A stretch of DNA of 18,238 nucleotides. Origin: Prasinococcaceae sp. CCMP 1430 (taxonomy: Eukaryota > Plantae > Prasinodermophyta). Location of the stretch: contig RQSC01000663.1 in assembly GCA_013416795.1 (NCBI GenBank), positions 1 to 18,238 of the forward strand, in the 5' to 3' direction. This document shows, in pieces, positions 1 through 9,074 of the stretch; the stretch's first letter is position 1; each line of letters begins with the position of its first letter. A model generated the notes under the pieces. The model did no database searches. It saw only the letters and a program-made list of their open reading frames with translations, and was not told where the DNA came from. The translations under genes and the position numbers were made by a program.

Positions 1-2
1 CC

Positions 3-1304
3 CCCTCGCCCGGGCGGCCGACGGGGGGCATGCGCCTGCGGCGCGGCGCGCTTGCGCTGCCGCCACCCGAGCGCGGCAGTGCCCTCGCGCACGACGAGGC
101 CTACCGCGACGCGCCGCCCAGCCGCGTGGCCCTCGTCGTGCACGGAATCGGCCAGGCCGGCTTCGGCACCATCGGCGAGTTCGACGTGACGTACAATTGC
201 ACCGACCTGACGGCCACATGCGAGGCCGTCGCCGGGGACAGCAAGCGCGCGGGCGCCGCAAGGGAGGGCGACTCCGCGCCGGACGACAGGGTGCGCGCCT
301 TCCCGCTGCTGCCGGTGCAGTGGCGCAAGAACCTCACCATGCCGCCCGACGTGATGCTTCAGAAGGCCATGCCCACGTGTTCGGCGTTCGCGCAGAAGCT
401 TCGGCGCTCCGCACAGCTGACGGTGACGGACGTACTGTACTACATGGCGCCGCAGTACCGCCCGGTCATCCTGGACTCACTGGTGAAGGCACTCCATGGT
501 GTGGCCGCGAGGTTCTACCGACGCAATCCTGCCTTTGCTGGCAGCGTCAATGTCATTGGGCACAGCCTCGGCACGGTGCTCATGTACGACCTGCTGAGCA
601 ACCAGCCTGTGGCGGGCGAGCCTGCGCGCCCGATGACGGCCCCCAAGCTCAGGCTGGAGGTGCATGACCTAGTGATGACCGGCAGCCCCCTGGCCGTCTT
701 CCTCAGCCTGCGCGGGGCCTACCTGTGCGACGACCGCGAGGGCTTTGCGGGCGAGCGTCGGCCGCAGTGCGCCCGCGTGTACAACATCATGCACCCGTTC
801 GATCCGGTGGCGTACCGCATCGAACCGCTCGTCGGCGAGGACCTGTGCGATTGGGCGCCGGTCAAGATTGGAAACTACCAGACGGGCGACCTCCTGCTGC
901 ACCACAAGCTCGCGGAGATGTCGAAGGGCGCTTCGAGCGCGTGGGTGCGCGCGGCTTCCAAGGTGACAGGCGTCGTGTCGGCGGCAGCACGCATGGTGCC
1001 CGGGTCCAAGGGCCGCGCGGTGGCTGCGCTTGCCGCGGAGGCCGCTGCGACGCACGGCGTGGAGGCAGAGGCGCGCGCCGCGGCCACTGCGCCGGTGCGG
1101 GAGGCCGCGCTCACGACGCGCTCCGTCGAGGTGCTCCAGAGCCTGTCGGGCGCGCCGCTGCCCCACGGCAGGCTGGACTTCCAGCTGCAGGAGGGCATGG
1201 TCGACAGCGCCGTCGTCGGCGCGGTGACTGCGCACTTCTGCTACTGGTCGAACGCCGACTTGGCGCTCTTCCTGCTGCAGAACATCGGGCAGGACTATGT
1301 ATAG
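3..1304 (+). CDS. DDHD-domain phospholipase A1 (PA-PLA1/SGR2/SEC23IP-like), 5'-partial
   Basis: Motifs: VALVVHGIGQ, LPVQWR, DVLYYMAP, lipase GHSLG, and the DDHD-domain residues in VYNIMHPFDPVAYRIEP, RLDFQL and AHFCYWSNADLA. The frame is open from base 3 to ATG 30, so the gene probably starts left of the window. Stop TAG at 1302-1304. Confidence 0.9.
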   Translation, partial: PSPGRPTGGMRLRRGALALPPPERGSALAHDEAYRDAPPSRVALVVHGIGQAGFGTIGEFDVTYNCTDLTATCEAVAGDSKRAGAAREGDSAPDDRVRAFPLLPVQWRKNLTMPPDVMLQKAMPTCSAFAQKLRRSAQLTVTDVLYYMAPQYRPVILDSLVKALHGVAARFYRRNPAFAGSVNVIGHSLGTVLMYDLLSNQPVAGEPARPMTAPKLRLEVHDLVMTGSPLAVFLSLRGAYLCDDREGFAGERRPQCARVYNIMHPFDPVAYRIEPLVGEDLCDWAPVKIGNYQTGDLLLHHKLAEMSKGASSAWVRAASKVTGVVSAAARMVPGSKGRAVAALAAEAAATHGVEAEARAAATAPVREAALTTRSVEVLQSLSGAPLPHGRLDFQLQEGMVDSAVVGAVTAHFCYWSNADLALFLLQNIGQDYV

Positions 1305-1737
1305 TAGACCATTGAACACTCGTCGCGCGACGCCGTCGCCACGCATACGCGCGCGCGCGCGCCTAGCTAGGATGCCGTCCCTGTAGCGCTGCGCCGCGCT
1401 GCAACGCGCGTGGCCAAAGAGCCACGGGTGGTGACGAAGGCCGCGCAGCGCTCCCACTGCGGGCGCGCCACGAGTGCCGCACGCTCCGCGGCAACTTGGA
1501 GCCTGTGTCTGCGGTGGCACAGAGCGCTCGCCGCGCAGCACAGCGCGTGCGACGCGCCGCGGCGCACAGCGCTCGCCGCGGCGCGAGGCGCGCCGTGACT
1601 GCCTGCCGCTATGCGAGGCGTGCGGAGAGCGCTTCGACCGCAGGGCGCCGGACGAGTTCTTCCTGGCGGCGTACGCGGCGCCAGCGTTCGTGCTGCGCGC
1701 GCGCGGGGCGGTGCTGGAGCCGCTGCTGGAGCCGCTC

Positions 1738-2625
1738 ATGCTGCCCGCGCCGCGCGGACCGCCGAGCAAAGCGTCGGCCGACGAGGTGTTGCGCCCGCTG
1801 CTCGCGCTCGATGGCGCGTCGCCGCCGCCACCGCTGCTCGTCCTCTTGGGCTCGGGCGCGTCCGCGGCCTACGGCGTGCGCCCGAACTACGGGCCAGGCG
1901 ACGCGGAGGGCGACGCATCGCTCGGAGTGAACGAGCGCTACTGGAGGGTGCTCAAGGACAGCGCAGCCGCAGCCACCAGCGGTACTCCCGATGCGTGCTT
2001 CTATTCGCGCCTCGGCGCCTTCTTGCGCGCGCGAAAGGGCGCGTCGGCGTGCATCGCGACCACCAACATCGACGGCCTCGCCGGCAGGTGGCTGGACGCG
2101 GGCGGCGCCCCCTGCACGGCGCTAGAGCTGCACGGCTCCGTGCTTCGCCTTCAGTGCGCGACGCGTGGGGCGCCATGTTGCGACAGTGTGCGCCCAACGC
2201 CACTGGAGGACGTCGCAGCATCGACGTCTGCGAGCGAGTGCGAGTGGTCGTGCGAGACGTGCGGGGGGCGCATGCGACTGAACGTCTCCTCTTTTGACGA
2301 CGAACCGGGCGACGTGCTCGATGTAGAGGACGTTCAGGAGCGCCTGCAGGCTTTCGCGGGTGACCATCTGCTGCGGGGCGGCGACGGTCCATCGACACCC
2401 ACACTGCACGTGCTCGTCGTCGGTTGCGGCGAGCACGTGCATTCGCTGGTGCACGAGGCGCGTGCCGTTGCATGCGAGCGCGCACTCGCCGGACTGGGCA
2501 CGCGCGTCGTGTGTGTCAATCCGTGCGACGCCGGCGCGCGGGCTTTCGGAGAGGGCTGCCTGCAGGTGGGTGCAACGGCGGAGGAGCTGGGCCTCGCGAT
2601 GGTGCGAGCAGTCGAGGGCGTGTAG
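1738..2625 (+). CDS. Divergent Sir2/sirtuin-family NAD-dependent deacylase-like protein (295 aa from the first in-frame ATG; 5' end uncertain)
   Basis: Sirtuin motifs in canonical order: LLGSGAS (GAGIS-like, 1849), TTNIDGL, ELHGS (catalytic His), LQC...CC and CETCGG (Zn ribbon), RLNV, LVVGCG, VVCVNP. The frame is open from 1435, but the track start at 1474 is GTG. The first in-frame ATG is 1738. Confidence 0.8.
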   Translation: MLPAPRGPPSKASADEVLRPLLALDGASPPPPLLVLLGSGASAAYGVRPNYGPGDAEGDASLGVNERYWRVLKDSAAAATSGTPDACFYSRLGAFLRARKGASACIATTNIDGLAGRWLDAGGAPCTALELHGSVLRLQCATRGAPCCDSVRPTPLEDVAASTSASECEWSCETCGGRMRLNVSSFDDEPGDVLDVEDVQERLQAFAGDHLLRGGDGPSTPTLHVLVVGCGEHVHSLVHEARAVACERALAGLGTRVVCVNPCDAGARAFGEGCLQVGATAEELGLAMVRAVEGV

Positions 2626-2665
2626 TCCGTCTGAAACAAACGATGTACAGTACAGTAAGTATACA

Positions 2666-5600
2666 TTACGGCGTTGGGTCCGCGAGCGCGAGCGCGGGCA
2701 TCGCCGCCGGGAACACGGCACGCGCGGTTCGCTCGGCGGCCCACGCGAGCGCGCCGTCGACGAGCGCCATGCAGACCTGGCGGGCGCGTCCCTTTTGCGT
2801 CAGCGCGGCGCGCAAGGGGCGCTGGCACAGGCGAGCGTCGTCCGCGCGCTTCTCACAGCATACAACACAATGCACGCGCGCGCAGGGACAGGCAGGAAGC
2901 GTAGGCCAGGACGCACTCTCCGAGCGCCCCTTACCATCTCAAATCCGAATGCTCCCGGCAAAGGCGCGAGTTCCATGGCCTCCGAGAGCGGCCTGACGAC
3001 GTCCGCCGCCGCCAGCGAGAAGAGCACGAAGCCCCCAATGAGCGTGTAGTACAGCGGCTTGTTGCTGCTGAGAGGCTCGTTGAAGGGCAGGCCGACGTAG
3101 TTGACCCCAAAGGTGCACAGGTTTATGAGGGCGCTCGAGGTGAAGGCGACCGTGTTGACGACATTGGGCTCGAAATCGGCCTCGTAGTCGACAGCCAGGG
3201 TGGCCCCCGTCTCCGCGAGTACGTGCGCCTTGGCACGTGCCACTGCTGTCACCATAAATGCGAGGTGCACGGCAGCTTGCGCGCCCACCGAGACGAGCGC
3301 GTATGCCGAGAAGGGGCTCGCGTGCGGCCGGCGCCGCGAAAGGGTGCGCAGCGGGCGCGCCATGCTGAGGAAGAGGAACAGGGCCGCGGCCAGCATTCCA
3401 CTGAGCGTCGCCTGCGTGTCACCGATCTTGACGCCGTCGATGGCCATCACGGACATGGCATACGCAGACGTCAAACAGTTGACCCCGAGGATTTTGAACA
3501 TCTGAACCGTCGTGACGAGGGTGGCGCGTCCCAGACGCAGCACAGCAGCGACTGGACCCACGTGCGTCGAGCGCGCGGTGAACGCAGCGGCCATCGAGGC
3601 ATCACCTAGCTGCACGGTCGGTGGGCCGCCGGAGGCACCGAACGATGCGGCAGCGCGCAGCATGCGGCGGCGGTGGCGGCGCTGCGCTCGCGCGAGCAGC
3701 GCGGCGTGCGCGCGCTCAGCGGGCTGCTGCGCGCCGGGGTCCCCGGTGGCGCCTGTGAGAACCGAGAAGTCCCCAGCAGCCGATGGGAGGCCACTCGTGC
3801 CGAAGCGGCTGTGCACGCCCGTAGCGGCCGCCTCGAAGCCTCCCACGTCGTCATCGCTCTCCGACTCGGACTCGAGCACGTCAGTGTCCGCGCCGGCGCC
3901 GCCAGTGTTCAGCAGCGCTACGCCTACGTGCGCGCGCTGCAGCGCGCCGACGTCATTGGTGCCATCGCCGACCATCAGCGTGGTTGCACCGCACGCGCGG
4001 AGCGCGCTCAGCACCGCCTCCTTGTGCTGCGGCGTGGCACGCGCGAAAACGCGCGCATGCGACACCAGCGCGCGGAGGCCCTTGCCACCGTCGGGTGCCA
4101 GCAAAAGTGCGCCAACGGCGGCGCCCTCCGCGCACAGAGCCTTCGAGCGCGCAAGCGACGCTACGCCGCTTGCATCCCAGGCGCAGTGCACACGCTCATT
4201 GCCGTCGGCGTCCAACTCATACCAATCCAACTCCGTGTCGGCACTTGCGTCTCCGGATCCGCAGGCAGCGCTCGTGTCCGTAGTCGCATTTTCTTCGCTC
4301 ACTTTCCCACCCACGGGTCGTGCGCGTAGCACGAGCTCGTCTCGCGTGCGCGCGCCACCCTTCGCCCCCCGCGCCGGGAAGATATGGCACCTGCTTGCTG
4401 CGTGCACGGCCGCCTGTGGCGCGTCACCTGTAATCATGACTAGACGGTGCCCTCCGGCGGATATTTCTGCAAGCGTCGGTGCCGATGCGGCCTTCATGGG
4501 GCAGCCAAATACCGCGAATCCCGCGAAGAGTAGGTCGCGCTCGTGCGACGCGCGAGGCGCGAGGCGCACGCTCGCGCTGCTTGAGTCCTCGTCCTCCAGG
4601 CAGCGATAGGCCAGCGCCAGCACGCGCGCGCCCTGCGAGGCAAGCGAGCTGTACGCGCGACGATAGCCTGACGGCACGCGCGAGAGCAGCCGGGCGACCG
4701 CCTCGGGGGATCCCTTCGTGAGGACGAGCGCACCGCCCTCGCCCCTGCTGACGGCCTTATCCTGCACATCGCCGCCCTCGAGCCTGGCCACGACGCTCAT
4801 GCGCTGCAGCTCTGAACTGAAGTGGTGGCGCGTGAGCAGCGCCAAGCGGCATGCGCTGCGCGTGCCACCCGCCGCGAGGCGCGTGTGGCGCGAGGCGACG
4901 CCTGCACCCGATGCGGAGTAGCCCCACCCAACACCTGCCAGCGCTGCACGCTCGATGGGGTCGCCCACCGCCGCAGTGCCTGCGCCGCCGATGTGCACCA
5001 GGCTGTGACATGCGGCGAGCACGAACTCAGCCTCGCGCGGCACGTCCTCGTCATGCGCGAGTGCGACTGCGCGCGGCCGCACACCTGCGGGCGTGGGCGC
5101 TGACCCGGCACACGAGCGCTCCGCGGAGGAGCAAACCTCTGCCGCACCATCGTCATCTTCCCCGTCCGCTCCTCCCATGCCTTGCGCACCGCCGCCCGCA
5201 GCCCTTTGGACGAGGGCCACGCCCGCAACGCCCCTCCAGGTAAGACTGTCTGACGTGAGCGTGCCAGTTTTGTCGAAGCAGCAAACCCCCACCTTTCCGC
5301 CCAGGGGGATGCGAAAGGGCTCCGTGCAGAAGACGCCCTGCCGCGCGAGGCCCACCAGCGAGTTGTTTACCGCCATCGAGAGCTCCATGGGCAGCTCGGG
5401 CGGCACCACGCTCGTGACAATCATCACGCACTGCAGCAGCAGCTTGTAACGCGAGCGCTGCGGGTCTGCCAGCCCCTCACGCAGCACGTACGCGCTCGCG
5501 GCCACCGCGAAGCCCAGCAGGAAAAGAATGAAGAGCCCAGTCTCACGCGAGTTGGCGCTCACGCGCTCCGTTGAAAACAAGATAGTGCGCATGAGCTCGC

Positions 5601-7140
5601 CCTGCGCAGTGTCGAAGCCAGTGCGCAGAACGTAACATGGCACGCCACCGTCGGGCGGGCGCACCGGCTGCGGTGCTTCGTGCGCTGAGCCCACAGCACC
5701 TCGCTCCTCACCGCTGCTCCCGCCTGCAGCTGCCGTTGCTGTGGTTGCTGAAGGTGACTGTGCGCACTGCACGAGCGATGTTCCTGCGAATAGGACACTG
5801 CTGCGGCCGCTACCATCGCTGCCGCCACCGCGGCAAAGTGCACCCACGCGCTGTTGCGGCTCAAGCGCCTCCGCGGGTGTCTTCCACTGTGGCGTTGACT
5901 CTCCAGTGAGCATCGCCTCATTGACGACCACGCGGCCAGAGAGTAGGACGACGTCTGCGGGGATTGCGCCACCGCTCGCGTCACCTGTGCTGTTGCCGCC
6001 GCCCTTGCCGCCACGACTGCCCGTGCGCCGCCCGCCGCCGCCGCCGCCGCCGCTGAGCATGCCGCTGCCGCCAATGGACACGACGTCGCCGGGCAGTATC
6101 TGTGCGGCGTCTAAGCGCACCCACGCGCCCCCCCGGCGTGCGAGCACGCCAGCGTGAGCGGGGGGCAGGCGACGGAGGTCGCGCACCTGCCGTGCGCGGT
6201 TATTCGCCACGGTCGTCTCGAAGAGCAGCAGCATGGCAAGGGTGAAGAGTGAGTAGTACCAATACTGAGGAAACATGTATGTGAGCGGGTCAGTGACACG
6301 CATGTAGGTGTGCTGGTGTGAATGTACGCACGTGTGTGTGAGCGCGCGCGCGCTTGGGCGCTTTTGCGCGTGCGTGGGTGCCCGACGCACCTCGTCAAGC
6401 ATCCATAGCGCCACGCACAGCAGCTGGAAGACGAAGAAGGGCGCCGTCATCTGCTCAGCGAGATACTCGCGCACGCTCGGGTCGGGAAATGTGAGCGAGT
6501 TGGCGCCGTAGCGCGCTGCAGCGCGCGTGGCCTCGACGTCTCCCAGACCGCGCGCAGAGACATACTCGCGCGCGGTGCGCCGTTCAGGGTACGCACGTGG
6601 TGCGAACGCCCCCGCTCGCTCGTCGACGCACTCAAACACGCGGCGCCGGTGCTCGAACCACACGCGTGCGCCTGCGCCCGCGTCGTCACCATCGTGCGCC
6701 GCCAACACCCGTGCGCCTTTGTCCTCGCTAAGGCGTCCACCCCCCACCTCGTCAGCCTGAGCTCGCGCGCGTCTGCGCAGCGGTACGATCGCCGCTCGCG
6801 CGCCAACAAGAGCGCTCTCCCCTCCTCCTCCCATGCCCTCGCTCTCTGCCGCGGGAGCCGACGCATCGACGAGCACGGCCGTCGCATCGCTGAGCTTGGG
6901 CACTCGGCGATAGGCGACGGCTGCATGCACTCGCACCGACCACCGCTGCGCGAGCAGCAGCGCCACGTGCGCGAGGAGGAGCGCGCCAAGCGCGATGCAT
7001 GCCAGCAACCGCGCGTCGCCGCCGTCGGGGGCACGCACCGCCGCGGCACTCGCCGCCGCATGCAACGGCGCCCACACGAGCGCGTCGGCGCGCCGGGCAA
7101 GCTGGCGGCGGGCCAGGAGTACCGGCGCCACGCACGACAT
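2666..7140 (-). CDS. ATP13A1: P5A-type ATPase (Spf1/ATP13A1/PDR2 family, ER transmembrane-helix dislocase), about 1396 aa, 3 exons
   Basis: Exons are complement(6391-7140, 2935-6264, 2666-2776). Motifs: FFVFQLLCVALWMLDE|YWYYS, LTGES, PPELPMELS (P5 signature), DKTGTLT, KGSPE, MITGD, GDGTNDVG, FEPNVVNT. Removing both GT-AG introns keeps the frame and restores a family-like C-terminus (VDGALAWAAERTARAVFP). Confidence 0.93.
2777..2934 (-). other. Spliceosomal intron 2 of the P5A-ATPase (158 nt, phase 0)
   Basis: ATG|GTAAGG donor, GCTGAC branch-like motif about 25 nt before the acceptor, CCGCCAG|GTC acceptor. Confidence 0.8.
6265..6390 (-). other. Spliceosomal intron 1 of the P5A-ATPase (126 nt, phase 0, no in-frame stop)
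   Basis: GAG|GTGCGT donor, CTGAC branch-like motif, TTTCCTCAG|TAT acceptor. Excision rejoins the conserved WMLDE-YWYYS. Confidence 0.9.
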
Positions 7141-7461
7141 CGCCTGCAGGGCAGCGGCGCGCACACCTAGGACCTTCCTCCCCCCCCCCACCCCACCCCA
7201 CCCCTCCCTCCGCCGCCGCCTTTTGGCACGTGCACGAGAGCGGGGGCGGGCGCGGGTGTGAGACCCTGCCTGGGGGGGGGGGGGAGGGTGGGCTGGGGTG
7301 AGGGGCACGCAGGCGCGCGCGCGGCGCCTGCTGTGACACGGGATTTGGATTTGTGTATGCGCGTCACGCCGGTGCGCCAGAGCGCGCGCACAGCACTGCA
7401 CCAGGGCGACGCGGCAAGTGGGCAGGTGCAGGGCGCGGTGGGAGAGCGGCGTTCAGCGGCG
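7141..7461. promoter_or_regulatory. Short divergent intergenic region (P5A-ATPase / hydrolase) with G-tracts on both strands
   Basis: 321 nt between two head-to-head ATGs. C-runs at about 7178-7211 and G-runs at 7272-7305 on the + strand. Confidence 0.5.
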
Positions 7462-8861
7462 ATGGCAGCGCTCGTGCGATGCGCGCCTGCGCAGCCGCAG
7501 GCGCGGCGGCAGCAGCTTCGCGCGCGCACCGCCCGCCGGCAGCGAGCGGCAGCGTGCGCCGGCAGCCAAGGCATGCCGCCGCAGCTCGCGAAGGCGCTGC
7601 GCTGCCGCTACGTGTACCTCCACGAGATTGGCGCCGATCCGGTGCGGAGCGCGCGTGCGTGTGCGCGCGCTCATGCGCACGTGTGCGTGCGCGAGCGTGC
7701 GCGCGTGTATATGTACGTGTCCGTGTGCAAGGATGCGTGCGAGTACGTAGAGATGAGCGCCGGTGGGGTTCAGGATGGTCGTGCTGACGCCGCAATCGCC
7801 GCCCCTGACCCCCACCCCACGCGCGCACGCGCGCGTATCACTGCGCCTACACTAGGACTACAATCTTACCGCGACGCTAGTCGCGCGGACGCTTCGCGAG
7901 AGCGGCCGCGGCATCGAGCTCGACGCGCCCGTACTGAGCGGCCTGTCGATCTCGCAGCAAGTGGAAGCCCTCGAGGCGTACGTGGCGGAAGCGGAGGCCG
8001 TCGAGAGCGCGCCGCTCAGGATAATCGGCTCAGGCGTGGGTGCGTACGTGGGCGCACTCTACGCGGCGCGCCACCCGGACGCGGTCGACAGGATCTTCCT
8101 GCTGAGCCCCGCGTTCAAGCCGCGCAAGGCGCTCGCTGCGCTCGCTGGTGGCGACGCCGGCGTGGCTGCGTGGGAGCGCGACGGAGAGAGGATGCTCGCG
8201 GGCGTGGCTGGGGCTTCACCGTATGAGTGGTGCGTGGGGAGCGCGTGCACGTGCACACCGCGTGTGGTCACGCACAGAGTCGCGCACACGCACGCATGTT
8301 CGCGCACGCCGCACGCACTACTACTCGCACAAGAGCGAGCGCGAAAGTGAGAGCATGTGCTCACACTGCGCACGACATGACTGCGCCTGCGCGCTCCTCT
8401 CCACCGGTGCTCGCGCAGGTATCGCGACGCCGAGGGGCTGCCGCCGCACCCGTTTCTCACGTGCGAGGCATACGTCGTGTTCGGCGTGCACGACGACGTG
8501 TCAAGCTACGATGAAGCCCTGGCGTGGATTCGCGAAGGTGCGGGACACGCGGGGGGCGGGCGCGAACGAACACGCCCACGCGCACACTCCCGCATGCACA
8601 AATGTGTGTACCCTCGCGAGTGCGCACGCGCTCACGCACTCTCCCGCGCGCCCGTGCGCGCCCGCGCTCGCGCTCGCAGGCCGCGAGGACATGCGCACGC
8701 TAGCGAACCGCGAGGCCGGCACGTGCGCGGAGCGAAAGATGCTCGAGGTGGCCGACGGCCACAGCCTCGAAGCGGCCTTCAACTCTGAGCAGCGCATGGT
8801 GCAAATCAAGCTGCTCGAATTCTTCGACTTGCTGCTTGCGGAGGATGTGGGGCCGCGCTAA
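7462..8861 (+). CDS. YqiA/UPF0227-like alpha/beta-hydrolase-fold protein with predicted plastid transit peptide, 284 aa, 4 exons
   Basis: Exons 7462-7641, 7856-8229, 8419-8537 and 8680-8861 total 855 nt. All three donors are GTGCG and the acceptors are TAG/CAG/CAG. The spliced protein has an Ala/Arg-rich N-terminus without acidic residues, then YVYLHE, IIGSGVGAY, IFLLSPAF, VVFGVHDDV and DGHSL, matching the layout of cyanobacterial-type YqiA esterases. Confidence 0.78.
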
Positions 8862-9074
8862 GCGGGATCGAGCTGCTCACTGCAACGCCGAGCTGCTCAG
8901 CTCCAGTCGCCCCGCTCTTTGCAGCGGACGCGAGGCTTCTGCTGCGCGCGGGCGCGAGGGCCAAAGGCTCCTGAGCTAATAGGCTATCGCGCAAGAGCGG
9001 GCTAATATACCAACGTAATTGACAGGGAGGTGAGTGCGAGCGCGCCACGCGCGCAAGACAAAGCACGCGACGCC

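Noticed and set aside
2800-2934. C-terminus of the track's 1533-aa ORF (VRGARRVRPGLRFL...)
   Set aside because: This is read-through into intron 2. The spliced last exon 2776-2666 gives the family-like ending.
5990-6070. (GGC)n tract and Gly-rich insertion in the P5A actuator domain as a possible hidden intron
   Set aside because: No convincing GT...AG pair is needed to keep the frame. Gly/Ala/Ser-rich loop insertions occur throughout this protein and fit the GC bias.
7141-7401. 87-codon N-terminal extension of the 1533-aa P-type ATPase ORF
   Set aside because: It is low-complexity translation of G/C tracts. Family similarity begins at Met 7140 (MSCVAPVLLARRQL).
8869-8899. 11-nt direct repeat CGAGCTGCTCA with a 20-nt period
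   Set aside because: Only two copies, in a 3' intergenic region. It is not CRISPR-like and is plausible by chance or local slippage.
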